DNA of 15,417 nt from Planctomycetota bacterium (GTDB lineage: Bacteria > Planctomycetota > B15-G4). Position 1 is the first letter of the stretch, and every line of letters starts with the position of its first letter. Positions 6,976 through 13,668 of this stretch are shown here, one piece after another. A model generated the notes under the pieces. That model searched no databases, was not told the DNA's origin, and saw nothing but the letters and a program-made list of their open reading frames with translations. The stretch spans positions 1 to 15,417 of the forward strand of contig JBBQUR010000035.1 of NCBI GenBank assembly GCA_038212275.1, read 5' to 3'. Both the position numbers and the translations under genes were made by a program.

Positions 6976-7694
6976 AGAACGACTTGGCAGGAAGGGTGGC
7001 GGCCGCAAGGGCGAAACAGGCAGAAGCGGCCGTTCGCGCGGCTGCTGACGATGGCCGACTGGAGGTCGTCGTGCCGCCGCGGTCTTTCGTTGCCGACGAT
7101 GTGCCTCGAACTGATCCCGCGGATCTAAAATCCAAAGAGACGCGCGCCGCCCTCGTCGCCGCCGGGGTGCCACTGGACTATGCCGAGCTGGCGTTGAGCG
7201 AAGCCGTTCACGACACGTCGTCTGTCCATCATCTTCGCAGTGCGCTCACAAAGGGCGCCCGATTCGTGGTCTTGGCAGGCGACGTGGGCGTCGGCAAGAG
7301 CATGGCCGCTGCGTGCTGGCTTCGGCAGATGCGCTCCATCCACGGCCCCTGCGGCATGCAATGGCGCCACGCTCACCAACTTGCGCGGATTGCTGGCTAC
7401 GGTCACGAGGATGAACAGAAACTGCTCGAGCAGTGCAACTTCCTCGTGCTCGACGATCTGGGAGTGGAGTTCAACGACGCCAAGGGTTTCCTCGCCGCGA
7501 CGATCGATTCGCTCGTTTACCAGCGGCATGGCAACCGGCGGCACACCGTGTGCACGACGAACCTCGCATTGGATGACTTCAGGGCGAGGTATGGGCCTCG
7601 CGTAACCGACCGACTCAAACAAGTGGGCGTCTTCCTGGAGATCGCGGGCCAGTCGCTACGCACCGCACTTAGGCAGCCGGAGGCGGCGTCGTGA
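6972..7694 (+). CDS. DnaC/IstB-like AAA+ ATPase (helicase loader), 240 aa
   Basis: Walker A GDVGVGKS, Walker B LVLDDLG, sensor-1 TTNL, and RYGPRVTDRL...GQSLR. ATGA overlap with the initiator. Confidence 0.9.
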   Translation: MKNDLAGRVAAARAKQAEAAVRAAADDGRLEVVVPPRSFVADDVPRTDPADLKSKETRAALVAAGVPLDYAELALSEAVHDTSSVHHLRSALTKGARFVVLAGDVGVGKSMAAACWLRQMRSIHGPCGMQWRHAHQLARIAGYGHEDEQKLLEQCNFLVLDDLGVEFNDAKGFLAATIDSLVYQRHGNRRHTVCTTNLALDDFRARYGPRVTDRLKQVGVFLEIAGQSLRTALRQPEAAS

Positions 7695-8041
7695 CTTCAT
7701 CCGAATCCCCGCCGGCACGCTCCATGCGTGTAACCGTCACGAGTATCCGCCCCGCGGGTGATCGCGAACGCGACCGCGGCCTGCTCGCCTACGTGACGGT
7801 GCTGGTCAACGACTCGCTGCGCCTCGATGGCCTCACGATTCGGATCAGCCGCGAGGGCCGGCCGACCGTCTGCTTTCCCGAACGGTCCGATGGTCGTGGT
7901 CGCAACCATCCGCTGGTCTGGCCGGTCACGCCGGAAGCGTGGCGCGCCTTCGAGTCCGAGATCCTGTCGGCCACGGACATCGGGCGCTTCGTTGCGCCAG
8001 CGGCATCGCGGCCCGCAACGCAAGCGGATTCCGGCCCATGA
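7691..8041 (+). CDS. SpoVG-family nucleic-acid-binding protein, about 116 aa
   Basis: LLAYVTVLVNDSLRLDGLTIRISREGRPTVCFPERSD...HPLVWPVTPEAWRAFESEIL follows the SpoVG pattern. GTGA overlap with the DnaC-like gene, GGAGG upstream. Confidence 0.8.
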   Translation: MTSSESPPARSMRVTVTSIRPAGDRERDRGLLAYVTVLVNDSLRLDGLTIRISREGRPTVCFPERSDGRGRNHPLVWPVTPEAWRAFESEILSATDIGRFVAPAASRPATQADSGP

Positions 8042-8346
8042 ACGCGTCCACGATTTCCAGGTTCGACCCCGCCACGATGGCCCCGCTCGCGCGCCTGGCC
8101 GAGATCGCGCAACTCTTCGCGATCGGCTACCTCCGCGCGCGTGTGCGCGCCACGGCGCGCCGTGTGGCCAAGGATGCGCCCGTCCTCCGCAGTCCTGCCG
8201 TCAAGGGCCGAAGTGCCGGCTGTAGCCGCCCCCGGAATCGCCTTGCGCTCTCTCGCGAGCCTGAGCGTGCATGTCCACGCCGAGAGCGGCGGGGCTCCCC
8301 GACGCGCGACTCGGCGACGGAAACCACGCGCGAGAGTCCTCGATGA
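8038..8346 (+). CDS. Small hypothetical protein, 102 aa
   Basis: ATGA overlaps at both ends. The N-terminal DPATMAPLARLAEIAQLFAIGYLR resembles, from memory, the small ORF usually found directly upstream of DUF2924-recombinase pairs. The C-terminus is low complexity. Confidence 0.6.
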   Translation: MNASTISRFDPATMAPLARLAEIAQLFAIGYLRARVRATARRVAKDAPVLRSPAVKGRSAGCSRPRNRLALSREPERACPRRERRGSPTRDSATETTRESPR

Positions 8347-8747
8347 GCAAGACCGAACAGACGCCCCTCTGGTGGAACGCAACGGCCGCGATCCGCTGCC
8401 GAGATCACCTGCCCCTGCCGGGCAGCCACTCGTGGTGGCACGGCAACTGGACCATGATGCCGCCGCAGGACCGCGACCGCCTCGCGCGATTGAACGGCCA
8501 CGCGCCGACGTGCGAGACCTGCGAGTCCGAATCCTCGATCAACCCCGCGTGCGCGCACGCCGCGTACCTCGCCGCCCGCGTCCGCGTCGCCCGCGCGATC
8601 ACGGCGCTGGTCGAGCACCTCGACATCCTCGATGCGGGCGAGGACATCGCGCAGACCGACTGGTCCTTCGCGGGCACGTTCAACCACGTCGCAGAGACCA
8701 TCGAGACGCTGGTCCCGGCCGCCTCGACGCGGGAGGCCGTGCGATGA
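8343..8747 (+). CDS. Hypothetical protein, 134 aa; N-terminal Trp-rich C-x2-H...C-x2-C putative Zn domain plus C-terminal helical domain
   Basis: ATGA overlaps at both ends and strong GC3 bias. Motifs IRCRDHLP, CETC and DWSFAGTFNHVAETI. Confidence 0.7.
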   Translation: MSKTEQTPLWWNATAAIRCRDHLPLPGSHSWWHGNWTMMPPQDRDRLARLNGHAPTCETCESESSINPACAHAAYLAARVRVARAITALVEHLDILDAGEDIAQTDWSFAGTFNHVAETIETLVPAASTREAVR

Positions 8748-9019
8748 AGACCGCCACCACGCCACGCCCCGTCCTCCGCGACGACCAGCTCTACCTCGGC
8801 GACAACGGCCGGATCACCTGCGGCGCGCATGCCGGGATGTCCGCACGCTTCACGGGCCGCGCGCTCGACGGGATGCCCGTGGTCGAGATCACGGGCGCGA
8901 CGCTCGACGCCATGCTCGCCGACCTTGGGCCGAGCATGGCCCACCTGCTGCGCTGCGAGGTCCCGTCCTGCGCATGCACCCCGAAGCGCGTGATCGTTCC
9001 GATGGGCGGTGGCCGATGA
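8744..9019 (+). CDS. Hypothetical protein, 91 aa; C-x2-H...C-x4-C putative Zn domain
   Basis: 3' part of ORF 8141..9019, starting MKTATT. GGAGG RBS and ATGA overlaps. Motifs LYLGDNGRITCGAHAG and RCEVPSC. Confidence 0.7.
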   Translation: MKTATTPRPVLRDDQLYLGDNGRITCGAHAGMSARFTGRALDGMPVVEITGATLDAMLADLGPSMAHLLRCEVPSCACTPKRVIVPMGGGR

Positions 9020-9438
9020 ATCCGATGACCAAGGAGAAGGCGGCCGCGCTGAACCGCGACCTGCAGGTGGCCATCGCGTCGATCGCCGGCCGGCACGGGA
9101 TGTTGATCCGGAGCTGCGTGCTCAGCTACGGGCCGACGTTCGTCCGCATCCGCGCCGAGATCGCGGGCGCGCTCGACGACGACTCCCCCATCGCGGACTC
9201 CGCCGCCGTGGACTTCGACAACCACGCGGCGCGCATCGGCCTCGGGCACGTCGCGCGTGGCGAACCCGTGAAGCTCAGCGACGGGCGCACGTACACGGTG
9301 ATCGGCTTCAAGCCGCGGGCGAAGGCTCGGCCCGTGATCGTCGAACGCGACGGGAAGCAGTACATGGTTCCGGTCGCCGAGATCGCGGCGGCCACGCGCG
9401 GGGGCGCAAGCGGGCCCGGCGTGGGAGGTGTCGCATGA
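9016..9438 (+). CDS. Phage-type hypothetical protein, 140 aa, with an SH3-like beta-rich C-terminus
   Basis: 3' part of ORF 8632..9438, starting MNPMTKE. ATGA overlaps. C-terminal GRTYTVIGFKPRAKARPVIVERDGKQYMVP. Confidence 0.7.
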   Translation: MNPMTKEKAAALNRDLQVAIASIAGRHGMLIRSCVLSYGPTFVRIRAEIAGALDDDSPIADSAAVDFDNHAARIGLGHVARGEPVKLSDGRTYTVIGFKPRAKARPVIVERDGKQYMVPVAEIAAATRGGASGPGVGGVA

Positions 9439-9647
9439 CGGACACATACGGACCGATGTACCCCGACATCCGCGTGACGCTCACGGGCACCGACGGCAAT
9501 GCCTTCGCTGTACTCAGTGCGGTGAATCGGGCGTTGCGACGCGCCGGGATCGGGAAGGTCGAACGCGATGCGTTCATCGCCGAGGCCACGGCCGGCGACT
9601 ACGACCACCTGCTAGCCACCGCGATGCAGTGGGTGGACGTCGCATGA
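9435..9647 (+). CDS. Conserved small phage/MGE protein, 70 aa
   Basis: YPDIRVTLTGTDGNAFAVLSAVNRALRRAG...AFIAEATAGDYDHLLATAMQWVDV is a recognisable uncharacterised family (GxDGNAF...GDYxHLL). GGAGG RBS and ATGA overlaps. Confidence 0.8.
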   Translation: MTDTYGPMYPDIRVTLTGTDGNAFAVLSAVNRALRRAGIGKVERDAFIAEATAGDYDHLLATAMQWVDVA

Positions 9648-9895
9648 AACGCCCCACCACGACCACGCTTCCGATGCACCGCGCCGACCGCGCCCGCGCA
9701 GCCGCCAACGCCATGCGCGCGGTCGAGGCCGCCATCGGCCACGCTCGGCAGGCGCTCGCTGCCGCCAGCGCCGCCGAGCGGGAGTCCGGCGCGTGGTCCG
9801 ACCACGCCGCCCGCGCCCGGCTCGCCGCCACGCTCGTGGACCTGCGCGCCATCCGCCGCGACCTGCTGCGCCTCGCCCGCGGAGGCGGACGATGA
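9644..9895 (+). CDS. Ala/Arg-rich helical hypothetical protein, 83 aa
   Basis: 3' part of ORF 9428..9895, starting MKRPTT. It exactly fills the gap, with ATGA overlaps at both ends. Confidence 0.6.
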   Translation: MKRPTTTTLPMHRADRARAAANAMRAVEAAIGHARQALAAASAAERESGAWSDHAARARLAATLVDLRAIRRDLLRLARGGGR

Positions 9896-10200
9896 CTGCG
9901 ACCGACACCTTATCTATGGCGACCGTCACCCCCCTCGCGCGGGCCTTCGCCGTCGGCCTGCGCCGCGACCTGCTGCCCGCGGTGCTCGCCGAGATCGACG
10001 CAGCCAACGCGGCCGGCGACGAGGCGTGCGCCTCACACGAATGGGTGGACGCCAACGAGACGATGGCCGATGCCTTCGCCGCCGTCATGGGCCGCGCCTG
10101 CAACCTCGACAGAGACGCCGACTGCGCGCTCTGGAACGCCGCGTGGACGCACGCGCGCACCATCGGGTTCGCCGTGCTGGCGCGAGAGGCGACCTCATGA
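9892..10200 (+). CDS. Hypothetical phage-type protein, 102 aa, CASHEWVDAN motif
   Basis: 3' part of ORF 9793..10200, starting MTATDT. GGAGG RBS at 9881 and ATGA overlaps. Confidence 0.7.
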   Translation: MTATDTLSMATVTPLARAFAVGLRRDLLPAVLAEIDAANAAGDEACASHEWVDANETMADAFAAVMGRACNLDRDADCALWNAAWTHARTIGFAVLAREATS

Positions 10201-10625
10201 CGCCCCGCCGCATCGAGGCCGCTGGCCCGGCCCTCAGCATCGCCACGCAGGTCGCCGCCTTCTTCCGGATGGACGAGGCCACGCTCCGTGCCGCCTACCG
10301 CGACCTGTTCGGCGTCGAGCCCAGCTACAGCTCGCGCACATGGATCGCCAAGGCGTGCGCCAAGCAACTTCAGATCAACGCGCGCGTCACCGAGCCCACG
10401 CCTGCGCCGCGCCGCCTCGGCCCACTGCGCCCCGGCGTCGTACTCACGCGCCTCTGGCACGGCGTCGAGCACCGGGTGCAGGTCACCGACCAGGGCTTCG
10501 TGCACGACGGCGTGCCCTACCGCTCGCTCACCGCGGCGGCCCGCGCGATCACCGGCCAGCACTGGTCGGGGGCGCTGTTCTTTGGGCTGCGCGGCCGCAG
10601 CGGCAAGCGGAGCCGGAAGCCGTGA
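10197..10625 (+). CDS. DUF2924 domain-containing protein, 142 aa
   Basis: LRAAYRDLFG...LRPGVVLTRLWHGVEHRVQVTDQGFVHDGVPYRSLTAAARAITGQHWSGALFFGL is the DUF2924 signature. It sits in the canonical position directly upstream of a serine recombinase. Confidence 0.9.
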   Translation: MTPRRIEAAGPALSIATQVAAFFRMDEATLRAAYRDLFGVEPSYSSRTWIAKACAKQLQINARVTEPTPAPRRLGPLRPGVVLTRLWHGVEHRVQVTDQGFVHDGVPYRSLTAAARAITGQHWSGALFFGLRGRSGKRSRKP

Positions 10626-12190
10626 CGACCACGGCCGCTCATCGCCGCACCAACCGCCCGGTCGCCTCCGTCACGCAGCCGATTCGCGTGGCGCTCTACA
10701 CGCGCAAGAGCACCGCCAAGGGCCTCGACCAAGAGTTCAGCTCCATCGATGCCCAGCGCGAGTGTCTCGAAGCGTTCGTCGAGGAGCATGCTGCCGACGG
10801 ATGGGAGGCCATCTCGACGCGGTACGACGACGGCGGCATCTCCGGAGCAACTACCAACCGCCCGGCGTGGCAGCGGCTTCTCAGCGATGTGAAGCACGGC
10901 CTGATCGACAAGGTCGCCGTCTACAAGCCCGACCGCCTGTCGCGCGACTCGACCGACGCCGCGTTGATGATGAAGTACTTCCGCAGCGTCGGCGTGACGG
11001 TGGTGTCGCCCACCGAGAGCCTCGGCCAGGACACGGCCAGCGACCGCCTCTCGCTGGGCCTGCGCATGCAGGTCTGGCAGTACGAGCGCGAGATTGCCGT
11101 CGAGCGCATCCGCGACAAGATGCGCGCCGCCCGGAAGCGGGGCCAGTGGCAGGGCGGGCGTCCCGTGCTCGGCTACGACGTGAAGGACAAGAAGCTCGTC
11201 GTCAACGCCGCCGAGGCCGCCGATGTCGTGGCCATCTTCGAGACCTTCGCGCGCACGACGTCCATCTTCGCCACGCTCCAGGATCTGGAACGCCGCGGTA
11301 TCCGGCTCAAGAGCTGGACCACGCAACGAGGTCGCCGCAACGAGGGCCGCGCCTTCCGTGATCCCTCGCTGAGGACGCTGCTGACCAACCCGCTGTACGT
11401 CGGCCAGATGTACGCGGGCGACGAGGTGGTGCCGGCCGACCACGAGGGCATCGTCGCGCAGCCGCTCTTCGACGAGGTGCAGGCGCTGCTCGTCGGGCAG
11501 ACTGCCGCGCGGGCAACCCGGCAGCCGTGGAGCGCACTGCTCACTGGGCTGCTGACGTGTGGCGCCTGCGGAGCCGGGATGACGCCGAGCTACTGCGTGA
11601 AGGGCGGCGTGCGGTACGGCTACTACACCTGCCAGCGCATCAAGGAGGCCGGCGCGACGGCGTGCCCGGGCTCGCGCGTGGCGCAAGGCGCGGTCGAGGC
11701 AGCGGTGATTGAGCACCTCCGCGCGCTCGGCAAGAACCCCGCGCTACTCGCCGAGACGGTCGCGGCCGCGCACGTCGAGGTGGATGCGCAGCGCGTCGAG
11801 CTGGCAGCCGACGCTCAGCGGGCCGGCACGGAGGCCGCGCGCCTGGCCACCGACATCAACGACCTGGTGGCGCGTGGCACGGACGGTCCGGAGCTGCGGC
11901 GACGACTCGAATCCCTCCGCGATGCGCACGACGCCGCGACACGCCGCAACACGGAAGCGAAGGACGCGCTCGCCGCGCTCAAGGCGCAGGACATCGACGC
12001 GACCGACGTGCGCCGGGCCATCGAGAGCTTCGGGCCGGTGTGGGACGAGCTGTTCCCGGAGGAACGGGCGCGGCTGATCCGACTGGTCGTGCAGCGCGTC
12101 ACGGTCACGGGGGCGACGGGCGAGACGGCGGTCGAGCTGCATCCAAGATCGGGCGCCTCGAATGCAGAAAACGTACGCGCTTCACGGTGA
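10622..12190 (+). CDS. Large serine recombinase (resolvase + recombinase + zinc-ribbon + coiled coil), about 522 aa
   Basis: ALYTRKS (catalytic Ser), DDGGISG, RPAWQRLL, DRLSR, YEREIAVERIRDK, LGYD, LLTNPLYVG, and zinc ribbon CGACG...YYTC...C. Real start is taken as GTG 10622 (GTGA overlap with DUF2924), not 10070. Confidence 0.95.
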   Translation: MTTTAAHRRTNRPVASVTQPIRVALYTRKSTAKGLDQEFSSIDAQRECLEAFVEEHAADGWEAISTRYDDGGISGATTNRPAWQRLLSDVKHGLIDKVAVYKPDRLSRDSTDAALMMKYFRSVGVTVVSPTESLGQDTASDRLSLGLRMQVWQYEREIAVERIRDKMRAARKRGQWQGGRPVLGYDVKDKKLVVNAAEAADVVAIFETFARTTSIFATLQDLERRGIRLKSWTTQRGRRNEGRAFRDPSLRTLLTNPLYVGQMYAGDEVVPADHEGIVAQPLFDEVQALLVGQTAARATRQPWSALLTGLLTCGACGAGMTPSYCVKGGVRYGYYTCQRIKEAGATACPGSRVAQGAVEAAVIEHLRALGKNPALLAETVAAAHVEVDAQRVELAADAQRAGTEAARLATDINDLVARGTDGPELRRRLESLRDAHDAATRRNTEAKDALAALKAQDIDATDVRRAIESFGPVWDELFPEERARLIRLVVQRVTVTGATGETAVELHPRSGASNAENVRASR

Positions 12191-12254
12191 GGTGTCTGGC
12201 CTCCAGCTCTTCGACGAAGGCGCGCAATTTATTACAGTGGCGCGGTATTCCTCG

Positions 12255-13280
12255 ATGGCACAGGGAAGAATGCATCAGCACACTCTCGCCGCGACCTACC
12301 TAAAAGGGTTTCTCTCGCCTGAGACAAGACCCGGACACCAGCCGTCATTATGGGTACACAACCTCGCCCGTGACTCATGGAAGGCACGAGCGCCCAGCAA
12401 CGTCAGCAAGCTGCCGAACTACTATTCCGTCGAGGGCGATGACGGCAAGCTTCGCCACGATGCCGAACGTGCACTTGGCGTCCTCGAAACTAAGATCACT
12501 CCGATCCTCCGCGACCTACTTCCCGAACAACGCGAGCTCGATCCAGAGCAACAGTTGGACTTGGCAATGTTCGCCGGGACAACGTTGTGGCGCGTGCCGC
12601 ATGTTCATGAGGCCGTTCGCCCGAGCATGGAGGCGCGAATGCGTCAAGCATTCGCGCGGCAGTGGGTGTTCGTCCAGTCAGAACCCGAGTTGCTCGCCGA
12701 ATGGCGCCGCCTCTTCAGCGACACTCTTGGTCCGTGTGGCTCGCTTGAGGAACTCATGGGTGTGGTCTTGGACCCCACCAAGATTCGCATCGTTCCTGAG
12801 CGCCACATCATTGTCGGTCACTGTCTTCAGCGTGGCATTGCCACTGCTAGGGCTCTCATGCAGATGGGCTGGCGCATACTTGTCGCACCGCCGAGTACAT
12901 GCTTCGTCACCAGCGACAAACCCGGCGGTGTGCTCCACCCCTTGCCTGGGCTATCCAGCGTCGGTCACAACGCGTTGGTCGCAGAGAGCATGCTGATGCT
13001 CCCTCTGACCAGTTCCCGGGCCTTGCTCGCAGCACCGTGGATGGAGCAGCGAGGCTACGAAGACGCCTCGGCTGACGACGTCGAAATGATGAATGGCGTA
13101 ACGGTTGAAGAAGCGAACCACGTCGTCGCCCCATCGACAGCCTTTCTTGGCGACGCCTATCTGAGCATCTGGCGTGAGCGCGCGCGAAAGGTCGCGAGGG
13201 GGGAGCCCGTGGTGCCAGTCCCCGTGCCTGATGCTGAGTTCTCGAACCTGCTGCGGCAGCACTTCGGAATCCAGGGATGA
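12255..13280 (+). CDS. DUF4238 domain-containing protein, about 341 aa (cargo)
   Basis: N-terminal HQHTLAATYLKGF, SNVSKLPNYYS, AERALGVLE, FVTSDKP and LMLPLTSSRAL follow the DUF4238 pattern. Start is ATG 12255 or 12270. Possible promoter TCGACG-16bp-TACAGT at 12211-12238. Confidence 0.75.
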   Translation: MAQGRMHQHTLAATYLKGFLSPETRPGHQPSLWVHNLARDSWKARAPSNVSKLPNYYSVEGDDGKLRHDAERALGVLETKITPILRDLLPEQRELDPEQQLDLAMFAGTTLWRVPHVHEAVRPSMEARMRQAFARQWVFVQSEPELLAEWRRLFSDTLGPCGSLEELMGVVLDPTKIRIVPERHIIVGHCLQRGIATARALMQMGWRILVAPPSTCFVTSDKPGGVLHPLPGLSSVGHNALVAESMLMLPLTSSRALLAAPWMEQRGYEDASADDVEMMNGVTVEEANHVVAPSTAFLGDAYLSIWRERARKVARGEPVVPVPVPDAEFSNLLRQHFGIQG

Positions 13281-13314
13281 AGCGGACGTACACCTGGCGC
13301 TGACGTGACGGTGG

Positions 13315-13373
13315 AGTCCAGGACTTGCAGGGGGAACCGAAGGGAAACGCTGGGAAAAGGGGAAGAAGGGAAG
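13315..13373. repeat. GGGAA repeat tract with an adjacent small palindrome
   Basis: GGGAA at 13332, 13342, 13352, 13360 and 13368 (spacings 10, 10, 8, 8). AGTCC-A-GGACT inverted repeat at 13315-13325. Confidence 0.65.
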
Positions 13374-13668
13374 ATGCGTTTCACGCCTGATGAGGGCAAC
13401 CCCTCGGCTCCACGGCACGAGCATACCGCAACATCAGGGTCATGCAGGTCCCCTCGCCAACGGTCGCTATTCGAGGCACGGACCGGCGACGGTGCGGGCG
13501 CTGAAGCAGCTAGGCAAGGCGGGAGCCTGAGGCGTAGGAGTGCTTTTCAATCACCACGGAACATTCCGTTTCGCCCCTACCTGCGGCATTGGTACACGAA
13601 TGGGAGTAGGCGGCGAGTGAAGAGGCGGTGAACATGGTTTGGCGCAACAGATCTACTAGGAACCGAGA

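Larger units (their letters stand above)
878..13375 (+). mobile_element. Capsid-less phage-derived integrative element (satellite/PICI-like island or reduced prophage); boundaries approximate
   Basis: Co-oriented MTase, terS-like, tyrosine recombinase, regulator, xis-like, rep+ori, DnaC-like, small-ORF array, DUF2924 and serine recombinase. There are no virion, large terminase or conjugation genes in the window, and att sites were not identified. Confidence 0.7.

Noticed and set aside
6972..7694. IS21 element suggested by the IstB-like ATPase
   Set aside because: There is no IstA DDE transposase or terminal IRs. The upstream gene is a phage initiator with iterons, so this is a DnaC-like loader.
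10070..10621. N-terminal 184 aa of the 706-aa recombinase ORF
   Set aside because: It overlaps two better genes (9892-10200 and DUF2924) in other frames and is low-complexity Arg/Pro sequence. The recombinase domain begins just after GTG 10622.
13305..13631. 108-aa ORF between DUF4238 and the membrane gene
   Set aside because: It runs through the GGGAA repeat tract and has no RBS, codon bias or motif. The region is more likely non-coding.
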